Assembly (NCBI GenBank): GCA_964343705.1
Contig: CAYFJX010000005.1
Location: 66,791-130,790, forward strand
Length of the DNA: 64,000 bases
Origin: an uncultured Methanosarcinales archaeon
Lineage (GTDB): Archaea; Nanobdellota; Nanobdellia; Woesearchaeales; UBA12501
Direction: 5' to 3'
Positions within the stretch are counted from its first letter, which is position 1; every line of letters starts with the position of its first letter. This document shows positions 47,713 to 55,928 of the stretch, one piece after another. Made by a program: the position numbers and the translations under genes. The notes beneath the pieces are model-generated. The model saw nothing but the letters and a program-made list of their open reading frames with translations, did no database searches and had not been told where the DNA came from.

Positions 47713-48879
47713 ATGAAAAGACTACTACTCTTAACATTTGTTTTATTGCTTATACCATTGGTTACTGCAGATTCAGTTGATACATACTGTGAACAAGCAC
47801 CCACTGGAAAAGATAATTGTATTAAAGAGATTGCAGTTGATCGTAATGATGTTCAAATCTGTCAACGTATAGAAGCTGATAGTGTGCGTGGCAGTTGTTA
47901 CGAAGCCTTTGCAAATACTATGCAAGACATTGATTTATGTCGGCGTATTCCTAAAGGAGCTCGAGGTTATGATAAGCGTAATAAGTGTTACATGCGATTT
48001 GTAAAAACTAAAGATGATCTTCACATTTGTACTGACCTGGTGAAAACAGAGCGAGGCCAAGATGAGTGTTATGATGAAATTCTTGATAATAATCGTGAGG
48101 ATGTTGGTGTGTGTTCCTTGTTCATCAGTCAAAAGAAACGTTTAAGCTGTTATGTTAAAGTTGCAAAGCGAACCAAGAATGAAGACCTGTGTCAACTGGT
48201 ACTTGATGAAAAAGATCAAGGAAGAAAATCACAATGTAGGTATTGTGAAGTAAAGGGTATTGACTTTAATGAACGATATGATCAATGTAAAAAATACTTT
48301 TTTATGAAAAAAGTCACAGAAGTGTGTAGAGATTACACTAAAGAAGTAAATGAGAAAATGACACGAAGTGAGAAAAAACAATTTACTTTTAATGGTGAAA
48401 ATCCTACTCGTGATCGATTTTGGGTGACACTAAAACAAGCAGATTTTCAAGGTGGTATTGAAAACTATCAGGCTGTCATATTTTATTCAGACGGTGTGCA
48501 GAACGAACAGTTTGCACTAAAAATAGGACAGCACATTACTTCTTCAAAAGCTGATATTGGCGTGCAACTACTTGACTTGTATGAACAAGAAGAAGGGGAT
48601 GACATGGTTTCCTATGGGCGTATCTGTATTTTCAGGCCAAGCAGTAAACAAGGTCAAGAACCAGAGCCAGAACCTGAAGAAGAAAAAGAAGAAGAACCAA
48701 CTGAAGAAGAACCAGAGCCTGAAGTCAAGGAAGAAGAACCAAAAGAAGAGTCAGTAAATGAAATAAAAGAAGAACCTGTTGAAGAAAAAACTGAAGAACC
48801 CAAAAAAGAGCTTGTAAAAATAAAAGAAGGTGGCTTTTTCTATAAGCTGGCAATGGTCTTTAAACGATTGTTTGGTTGA
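47713..48879 (+). CDS. secreted cysteine-rich protein with acidic Glu/Pro/Lys low-complexity tail
   Basis: Signal peptide 'LLLLTFVLLLIPLVTA'. About 20 Cys in the first 200 aa. Tail 'EPEPEPEEEKEEEPTEEEPEPEVKEEEPKEE'. Confidence 0.55.
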   Translation: MKRLLLLTFVLLLIPLVTADSVDTYCEQAPTGKDNCIKEIAVDRNDVQICQRIEADSVRGSCYEAFANTMQDIDLCRRIPKGARGYDKRNKCYMRFVKTKDDLHICTDLVKTERGQDECYDEILDNNREDVGVCSLFISQKKRLSCYVKVAKRTKNEDLCQLVLDEKDQGRKSQCRYCEVKGIDFNERYDQCKKYFFMKKVTEVCRDYTKEVNEKMTRSEKKQFTFNGENPTRDRFWVTLKQADFQGGIENYQAVIFYSDGVQNEQFALKIGQHITSSKADIGVQLLDLYEQEEGDDMVSYGRICIFRPSSKQGQEPEPEPEEEKEEEPTEEEPEPEVKEEEPKEESVNEIKEEPVEEKTEEPKKELVKIKEGGFFYKLAMVFKRLFG

Positions 48880-49007
48880 AAATACGTAAGTCTTTCGTTC
48901 AGATTGCTATGATGATACAGTACCTGCTGCCAAAGAGTATCTCCCCTTAGATAAGTTGGGTACTGTATATACAAAAAAAATTTAAATAAGAAAAGTATAG
49001 GTAAAGT

Positions 49008-49514
49008 ATGATTTGGAAAAAACCCTTACACTATCTTGGAATCATTACAGGTTTATTTCTAGCCCCTGGTTGTGGGGATAGCGTGTCAGATCCACACGTT
49101 GGAAGAATTATCCCTTGGGAAAGTATTGATGGCATAGAAATTGAAGATACTCCAGATACAGTCCTGAGTGCAGTTGGCAGAGCTGAAAAAAGAGGTGATT
49201 GGGATGGAGAACATGGCGGAGGGCTTGTCTACATATATACAAAAGGAACACATGCAGGGTTAGAAGTCTTGTTCACAGAAAGAGATAGCGTGGTTTCCCT
49301 AAGAGCTAAAGATACGTACTCTGGAAAAACAGTGGAAGGTATTGGTATTGGTACACCACTTGATTTATTACATCAAATTCATGGCGTGCCTGATACATCA
49401 ACCCGTAACTACCAGCAATACTTCAAAGAAGATCGAAGTTTTGGTGTTACTCATACTGATGGAAAGATAGATGCAATCTACATTGACAACACGCACTATT
49501 TTAAAGCTCCTTAA
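49008..49514 (+). CDS. hypothetical exported (lipo)protein
   Basis: Signal peptide with 'LFLAPGCGDS'. Confidence 0.45.
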   Translation: MIWKKPLHYLGIITGLFLAPGCGDSVSDPHVGRIIPWESIDGIEIEDTPDTVLSAVGRAEKRGDWDGEHGGGLVYIYTKGTHAGLEVLFTERDSVVSLRAKDTYSGKTVEGIGIGTPLDLLHQIHGVPDTSTRNYQQYFKEDRSFGVTHTDGKIDAIYIDNTHYFKAP

Positions 49515-49613
49515 CACTTTATGGCAACAGACTTTAAATTTATTCAATACCTGGCTGGAATGAAATCATCATTTTTCAAACCACGGGAAGCATATCATCA
49601 AAGAGTTGAGTAA

Positions 49614-51107
49614 TTACTCAATAACAACAGTATCAACATGCTTGTGTAAATCCCTAGCGTACTTTAATCGTTCAGTACTATCTGCATATACTGTGTACAA
49701 TGGTTCTCCTTTTTGCACCTTCTCCCCAACGTGCTTGTAAAGATACAATCCTGCTTCTTTATCTTTTGGGCAGCCAGCAAGTCGAGCAACCTTAGAAATT
49801 AAGTGATTATCTATCCTTGTGATTTTTCCTCTTCGTGGAGCCTTGAATGTCCATGTATACTTGCCAAGTGTAATGTCTTCAACTTTTTTTACTCTTGCAC
49901 CTTGGCGTTTGATGATCTCCCACATTTTCATGTTTGCAGCGCCAGTATTCAGGAGGTCACTTGCCATTTTCTTTCCTTGGCCTTTCTTTGCCTTGCCAGT
50001 TAACTCTAAAACATAGCCTGCCATTGCAATACACTTTTTACGCAAGTCCTTTGGTTGTTGGGGGTGGTTAGCAAGCATCCACAACACGTCACGAGCTTCA
50101 AGTGCAGGACCAATACCATTTCCTATTGGTTGCCTACCATCAGTCAATACAACAAAGACTTTCATGCCAATTTTCTTACCAATAACTTCAAATAACCTCT
50201 TTAAGCGCAATGCTTTTTTCTTAGAAGGTATTTTGGAACCTACACCTATTGGGATGTCAATAAGAACATGTGTACTTCCAACAGAACCTTTCTTTGCTAA
50301 AATAGATGCAGTAAGTTGTCCTTCAGCATCAATACTCAAAGGGTGTTCTACATTGATGATGAGATCATCAGCTGGTGCAAGGTTAATCGCACCACCCCAT
50401 ACCATGCATGCACCATGTTTGTTCACAATGTTTTTTAGTTGGTGGGTGTCAAACTTTACTCCTGTTAGAACTTCCATGCTGTCAGCAGTTCCTGCAGGAG
50501 AAGTGATTGCTCGTGATGATGTTTTTGGCACTGTTAAACCAGCAGCAGCAAGAATAGGGACTACTCCCATGGTTGTTCTGTTTCCTGCAACTCCTCCTAT
50601 GCAGTGCTTGTCTACTACAATTTTCTTTCTGAAGCGTAGTCGATCACCTGTGTTTATCATTGCATTAGTTAAATCAACTATTTCTTTTAATGACATGCCA
50701 TGAATATAATTTGCAGCAACATAATAGGTTAGTTCAACAGGGATAAGTTTTCCCTCCACAACATCATCAATAATCTCTCGGGTTTCTTGTTGTGCAAGTG
50801 CCTTACCATCTAGTTTCTTTTTTATATGCCTTATTGAATTTGGCTTGTTTGCAATAGCAACATGCACATCTGACTTCTCACGAGCACCCAATGCTTTTAG
50901 AGTTTCTTCAAAAAGACCAATTGTTCCCCGAGAAACAGTCTTACCATTTTCAGAAAGATCAACTATTGCTATTGTTTTTTTACTTCCTAGCGTGATCTTA
51001 ACACGGTCTGCTGCGTGCAGGTCATACTTACGAGCATCATGCTCATTAAGAATTACTATTCGTGGACCACCTGTTGCAATGTCCATATCTTTAACTCGTA
51101 GTTTCAT
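49614..51107 (-). CDS. AMP phosphorylase (thymidine-phosphorylase family, archaeal type)
   Basis: About 500 aa. N-terminal extension 'MKLRVKDMDIATGGPRIVILNE' typical of the archaeal AMPpase. Glycosyl-transferase family 3 core 'GGVAGNRTTM'. Confidence 0.82.
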   Translation of the reverse strand: MKLRVKDMDIATGGPRIVILNEHDARKYDLHAADRVKITLGSKKTIAIVDLSENGKTVSRGTIGLFEETLKALGAREKSDVHVAIANKPNSIRHIKKKLDGKALAQQETREIIDDVVEGKLIPVELTYYVAANYIHGMSLKEIVDLTNAMINTGDRLRFRKKIVVDKHCIGGVAGNRTTMGVVPILAAAGLTVPKTSSRAITSPAGTADSMEVLTGVKFDTHQLKNIVNKHGACMVWGGAINLAPADDLIINVEHPLSIDAEGQLTASILAKKGSVGSTHVLIDIPIGVGSKIPSKKKALRLKRLFEVIGKKIGMKVFVVLTDGRQPIGNGIGPALEARDVLWMLANHPQQPKDLRKKCIAMAGYVLELTGKAKKGQGKKMASDLLNTGAANMKMWEIIKRQGARVKKVEDITLGKYTWTFKAPRRGKITRIDNHLISKVARLAGCPKDKEAGLYLYKHVGEKVQKGEPLYTVYADSTERLKYARDLHKHVDTVVIE

Positions 51108-51137
51108 GACATACCTCTTTTTTTTCTTTTTAGGGAA

Positions 51138-52202
51138 CTAACTCAATATATGTTTTTTGTCTTTTTCATATACTCTAATAAATGAAACAAGCATTGCAAG
51201 TACAAGAGGACCTACAACAAGACCAATGGGTCCCATGCTTATTAGACCTCCAAAAAGGCCAACCAGGATCACTGCAGGGTGTACTTTGCTTCGTTCACCA
51301 ATAATCTTAGGTTTTAACAAATTATCAATTGTTGATATGATGAAAATACCATACAGCAATAAGCCAATTCCTTTCCAGGTGAGTAATGTATTTCCAGCAT
51401 CCATTCCTTTGACAATGAGAAAAACTGCAGCAGGGAACCATATCATAGGTGGCCCGACAAAGGGCATTATTGCTGCGAGTGTAGTAATTGCACCCCACAT
51501 GATGGGTGATTTTAAACCAAATATGAAATAACCAATAGTTGCAATACAACCTTGAATCAAACCAACAATTAAGATACCATACACTGTTGCGTAAATAACA
51601 TCGCTTGTTTGTTGCTTAAGATGTTTCTTAAATGCTTCTTTGAGAGGGATGAGGTTGTATACTTTTCCAATCATCACCTGTCCATCTCTAAAGCCGTAAA
51701 ACATGACAAAAATAAGAATGAACAATTCAAGTATTCTTTGAGGGATTGACAAGACAAAACTTGAACTGTATTGCACAAACCATTGGCTGATCTTGCCTAA
51801 TGATTCTTCAATACTTTTAACCATGTCTGGCCCGGTGACCAGTGTATCAATTCTTTCTTTTGCATCACAAAATGAGCCAGTACATTCTTCTTGGAAAAAG
51901 GTATTTGTTGGCTTTGCTAACTTTGCCTCTGTGTATGCTTCTGAGATATCTGCGGTGATTGCTCCCAGTAAGACCACAAAAGGCACTGTGACTACAACAA
52001 GAATGAGCACGGTTGATGTGCACGCTGCGACATTTTTGTTTTTGATCTTTGATTTTACATATTTGTGAAATGGAAAAAAAATATAGGCAATAAGTACACC
52101 AGCGATGATGGCAGTAAATAAAGGCCATATAATAAACAGTGATAATAGCGCGATCAAGGTAAAGAAGATAATAAATGTGTACTTGGAGACTGATTGTTTC
52201 AT
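51138..52202 (-). CDS. AI-2E family (UPF0118/PerM-like) membrane transporter
   Basis: Eight TM segments. Family-typical topology and length. Confidence 0.7.
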   Translation of the reverse strand: MKQSVSKYTFIIFFTLIALLSLFIIWPLFTAIIAGVLIAYIFFPFHKYVKSKIKNKNVAACTSTVLILVVVTVPFVVLLGAITADISEAYTEAKLAKPTNTFFQEECTGSFCDAKERIDTLVTGPDMVKSIEESLGKISQWFVQYSSSFVLSIPQRILELFILIFVMFYGFRDGQVMIGKVYNLIPLKEAFKKHLKQQTSDVIYATVYGILIVGLIQGCIATIGYFIFGLKSPIMWGAITTLAAIMPFVGPPMIWFPAAVFLIVKGMDAGNTLLTWKGIGLLLYGIFIISTIDNLLKPKIIGERSKVHPAVILVGLFGGLISMGPIGLVVGPLVLAMLVSFIRVYEKDKKHILS

Positions 52203-52256
52203 AAGGATAGTATTCTTACTGGTATTTATAAATTTTTTTGACTTGCAGAACTCTTT

Positions 52257-52835
52257 CTAGCACATAAATTTTCTCAGAGCCCGCTGGTATAATTTCAGTT
52301 TGTTTAACTTCTTTACATAGGGGCAGACGATTTTAATAGGTGCAATAACTTTGTGTTTAGGCGCGTATTCAAATGCTTTTATCTTGATCTTGTACTTTTT
52401 TCCTATGGTACCAGAAATACTAAGGTCATCGTTCCACTGCCACTTTTGAAACTTAGTTGTCTTTCGAACACTAATAAGCATAGTGAGTTCCCCACCAATT
52501 TCTTTGATATCAATGGCATCAGTACTGCTTAACCTATCAGGTCCTTCAGGGTGAGAGTGGTAATCACCAATAACCTGGTGTGTTGTAAGGTACTGTAAAG
52601 CGTGATTCATTTTATTACAACGATTTGCAGCTAAGGTGACAGACTCGTAGTCACGATCAGCACTTTGGTAAGGCAAGGCATCATACGCATAATAATACGT
52701 TTTATGTTTGCTGCCAATAATCAATCCAAAACACTCTTTTTTGTATACTTCAATAGAACTCGTGATCATACCAATAAAGGCTTGTTGGCTTAGTTTAACA
52801 TGACGTAATTTTAACCTCTTTTTCATACAGAACAT
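52257..52835 (-). CDS. JAB/MPN-domain metalloprotease (JAMM)
   Basis: 'DYHSHPEGPDRLSSTD' (HxHx7Sx2D JAMM motif) and an upstream Glu. Confidence 0.62.
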   Translation of the reverse strand: MFCMKKRLKLRHVKLSQQAFIGMITSSIEVYKKECFGLIIGSKHKTYYYAYDALPYQSADRDYESVTLAANRCNKMNHALQYLTTHQVIGDYHSHPEGPDRLSSTDAIDIKEIGGELTMLISVRKTTKFQKWQWNDDLSISGTIGKKYKIKIKAFEYAPKHKVIAPIKIVCPYVKKLNKLKLYQRALRKFMC

Positions 52836-52862
52836 GTAGTGTCTACACTATATAAAGTTTTA

Positions 52863-53408
52863 CTACTTTTTTAGTGAGGTAATTTTGAAACTCAAATAAA
52901 TAAGCAAGCCAACCAACACAATAGCCAAGCTGATGATGCTGCCAATTTTTGGTGAAACACGCATGTCTTTCATACTACTGCTTTCTACTCTGAGTGTAGC
53001 TTCTTTAGTGTTTCTTCTTTTTTCTAATTCTAATTGTCTGCGTGCTTCTTCTGCTTTTTTTGCAAATGCAGATGCTTGTGCTTCACGAGCTTCTTGTGCT
53101 CTTTCTTCAGCACGTGCTGCGTCTTCTTCTGCTTTTTTAGCAGCTGCTTTTGCTGCAGCCTCTCGCCGCATTTGTTCTTCAAAACTCACTGTCGCAATGC
53201 CAGGGAGTGGAATAATAACTGGCTTAATGATTGTTATGTTAGTGATAAACCGTGGTTGTTTAGGAGCAAACTCCCCTGCTGAAATCCCCACACGGGTGAC
53301 TTTATTTTCGTTTTCTTTTTTTTCAAAATCAGCGCTCTTAGTGTAAGCAGTCACAGAGCTTGCTAAAAGGATCAGTAGAATTGTGAAAATAAGAGCTTTT
53401 TTTGTCAT
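52863..53408 (-). CDS. hypothetical membrane-anchored protein with Ala/Glu/Arg-rich coiled coil
   Basis: Signal peptide/TM at the N-terminus. 'EEQMRREAAAKAAAKKAEEDAARAEERAQEARE'. C-terminal TM. Confidence 0.4.
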   Translation of the reverse strand: MTKKALIFTILLILLASSVTAYTKSADFEKKENENKVTRVGISAGEFAPKQPRFITNITIIKPVIIPLPGIATVSFEEQMRREAAAKAAAKKAEEDAARAEERAQEAREAQASAFAKKAEEARRQLELEKRRNTKEATLRVESSSMKDMRVSPKIGSIISLAIVLVGLLIYLSFKITSLKK

Positions 53409-53598
53409 TGTTTTCCCCAGTGAGTAGGAATCTGAGCGAATTTAAAAAGATTTATGGTGTGCAGGAGAATCGTTTAAATAGGGCTCTTTTCAGCAAATTT
53501 TAAAAAGAGGTTATTAAACCAAGCTAGTAATCATTCGCCCTTGTAGCATCCGCAAAAATCTTTTTGATTTTTGGGCGCTCCAAGAGCTCATTACATTC

Positions 53599-53691
53599 GC
53601 CCTTGTAGCATAGTGGTAGTGCACTGCCTTGGTATGGTCAGTAATGACAACAAAGAGGCAGAGGTCCCGAGTTCAAATCTCGGCAAGGGCT
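53599..53691 (+). tRNA. tRNA-Thr (anticodon GGT) with 21-nt intron at canonical 37/38
   Basis: Acceptor GCCCTTG/CAAGGGC, D stem GCAT/GTGC, anticodon stem CTGCC/GGCAG, loop TTGGTA[intron]A, T arm CCGAG-TTCAAAT-CTCGG. Confidence 0.75.
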
Positions 53692-53705
53692 TTTTAATTC
53701 TTTAC

Positions 53706-53915
53706 GGGTGTGTCCCAAATCTTGCTTTTTGTGCAGGAGGGGTGGCACTGCGGTGTTAACTACTCAAATCCATTCGTAGTGTTAACGGAAATCACCTCAT
53801 TATTCGGCCGCAATCTGAGCAAAGCTCAGATGCGTCAAGGAGCTTCGCCCCTTGAGATTTCCTGATAAAACCTTGCGGCAGTGCCACCCCTCAGAAAGAC
53901 TCTTGGGACACACCC
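53706..53915 (-). mobile_element. 210-bp MITE-like element, copy 2 (inverted relative to copy 1)
   Basis: Reverse complement matches 10945..11154 at 209 of 210 positions. Immediately 3' of tRNA-Thr. Confidence 0.8.
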
Positions 53916-53960
53916 ATTCTTTACAGTAGGCTTATATACAGCTAGTTTTTCCAAGGATGT

Positions 53961-54830
53961 ATGGCTAGGATATTAGATTTCCAATGGAGAAAAGCAAAAA
54001 AAACATTAGAAGAGTTATCTAAAACTCTTGTGGACTTGGAGAGTAAAGCACAGGCTCTCCAAGAGAAATCAAATGTTGTTGATCTTTCTGATAAGTTGCA
54101 GATTAAGAAATTGCATGATCTTCCTAAAAAAACTTTAGCCTACATAGTGGTTGCTCATCATGAAGGGTTGGATGCTTTTGAGAATCATGATTTTGAAAAA
54201 GCAGCTGAAATCTTTGGCGCGTTAGTTGGATCTAACTATTTAATTCCAGGGTGTGCGGAATATTTTGAACTTGCATATTCATTATACAAAACAGGAAGAG
54301 CTGAAGATGCAATCTCAGCGTGTCATGAGGGGATCTCAGAAGGTGTTTCAGAAAAATCAAAGCTTTACTTGGTTCTTGCAGATTGCTATGCTGATCAAGA
54401 AACCTTGGAAGGGTTAGATAATGCAAGGTATTGTATTGCTAAAGCACAAGAACTCATAAATGAGAAAGGGAAGTTTCTAGACCTGCTTAAAGTATTACAT
54501 TCTAATCTTGGGATTAAGCAACATGCGTGTGCAATTGTTGGGCTAGAGCATAAGTTTGATGACATTAATGAGCAACTTAATTATACCTTGACCTTGCAGG
54601 CTGAGGGAAAGTCATACAATGTTTTACTGCCAATCACAATCGTTGACGAAGATGGAAATGAATTTTTCCCTAGATCCTTGCCAGAAGATATGCTTCCACA
54701 GGCATTTAAAGTTATGAGAGAGGCTTGTACACAGGCAATTGGAAAATCAGTTTACTTTTCTGATGAGATCTTGGAACGAGAAGGTGTTCAACAAGAAGAT
54801 ATCTCATACAGGACATTCGAGCGGGATTAG
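53961..54830 (+). CDS. hypothetical protein (289 aa)
   Basis: ORF with complex composition. Confidence 0.45.
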   Translation: MARILDFQWRKAKKTLEELSKTLVDLESKAQALQEKSNVVDLSDKLQIKKLHDLPKKTLAYIVVAHHEGLDAFENHDFEKAAEIFGALVGSNYLIPGCAEYFELAYSLYKTGRAEDAISACHEGISEGVSEKSKLYLVLADCYADQETLEGLDNARYCIAKAQELINEKGKFLDLLKVLHSNLGIKQHACAIVGLEHKFDDINEQLNYTLTLQAEGKSYNVLLPITIVDEDGNEFFPRSLPEDMLPQAFKVMREACTQAIGKSVYFSDEILEREGVQQEDISYRTFERD

Positions 54831-54838
54831 CTTAAGTC

Positions 54839-55213
54839 TCAAATTTCATCTCGGGGGATCTCTAAGTCATTAAAATCTTTGTCATAGGTTACAATTGAGG
54901 AACAATTCATTAACAGAGCAATGGTATAATGTATAAGGTCAATGAATCTTAACCTTTTATACTTCTGTCCTCTTTTCATTGCTTCGAATACAATTTTTCC
55001 GTCAACTGGGATAACTTGGAGATGGGATCGCAATACTGCCCTAATAGATTTGATTGCTGTTTCTCTATTTGTTACATTTTCAATAACATTAAATGCTTCA
55101 ATTAAATTGATTGAATCAGTGATGCCTTCTCCTTCAAGAACTTTTTGTGACTCTATCTGGTGAGGATTTTGATAAAAAGCATACGAGAGTATTGTACTAT
55201 CAATAAACCTCAT
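54839..55213 (-). CDS. vapC: PIN-domain protein (VapC toxin)
   Basis: 'FIDSTIL' (N-terminal Asp) and 'IVTYDKDF'. Confidence 0.65.
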   Translation of the reverse strand: MRFIDSTILSYAFYQNPHQIESQKVLEGEGITDSINLIEAFNVIENVTNRETAIKSIRAVLRSHLQVIPVDGKIVFEAMKRGQKYKRLRFIDLIHYTIALLMNCSSIVTYDKDFNDLEIPRDEI

Positions 55214-55449
55214 CTGAACATCCTCGCATTTAATTCTTTCATTTGTTTTGGTGTTAAGTTGTGTTTTGGCTTAATTTTTCTTGCATCTGCGAAAACTTTC
55301 TTAAGGTCTTCTCCAATGGGGGTCATGATTATTTTACCTTTTTTCACTTCCATATCAAGAGGGCTCCCTATATGTAAACTAAGTTCTTCTCTAATGTGTG
55401 CAGGAACTGTTACTTGTTGTCCTTTTGTTAATCGTACTAACATTTTCAT
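55210..55449 (-). CDS. vapB: AbrB/MazE-like (SpoVT/AbrB) antitoxin, VapB
   Basis: 'LTKGQQVTVPAHIREEL' swapped-hairpin motif. Overlaps the PIN gene by 4 nt. Confidence 0.6.
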   Translation of the reverse strand: MKMLVRLTKGQQVTVPAHIREELSLHIGSPLDMEVKKGKIIMTPIGEDLKKVFADARKIKPKHNLTPKQMKELNARMFR

Positions 55450-55582
55450 TCACCATGTATCATGAAGCATGGATCATATATAAATCTTTTGATTTTCCGC
55501 TAAAAATTTATAAACACCTACTTTAATCTCCTTCATATGGGCCCGTGGTCTAGTCTGGTATGACGCAATAAAATGAAAAAGT

Positions 55583-55655
55583 GGGTCTGTGGTCTAGTGG
55601 CTATGACATCGCCTCGACACGGCGGGGATCCCCGGTTCGAGTCCGGGCAGACCCA
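55583..55655 (+). tRNA. tRNA-Val (anticodon GAC)
   Basis: Acceptor GGGTCTG/CAGACCC, anticodon stem TCGCC/GGCGG, loop TCGACAC (C at position 33 is unusual), T arm CCCGG-TTCGAGT-CCGGG. Confidence 0.75.
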
Positions 55656-55928
55656 TTTTCATTTTACGTGCATAAAATCTTTGATTTTATTGCGTCGCAT
55701 CGACACGGCGGGATTTTGTTTTTTATGAGTCGTTCCGCAGGGTCGAACATAGTGAGATCCTGCATTGCACTATTGGGTTGATAAGGGGCGTAGCATCCCT
55801 TATCCCTGTAGTTCAAATATTGGCGCCCGAAGGGAGACAATACCTTCGAACGTCAGTGAGAAAGTCCGGGCGGGCCCATGTTTTCTTTTCAACAAACTTT
55901 ATTAATGCTAAAGCCTATTTTGTGACTA

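Noticed and set aside
55581-55781. 66-aa ORF on plus strand
   Set aside because: It overlaps tRNA-Val and tRNA-like fragments. It is Arg/Gly-rich from GC-rich stem sequence, so spurious.
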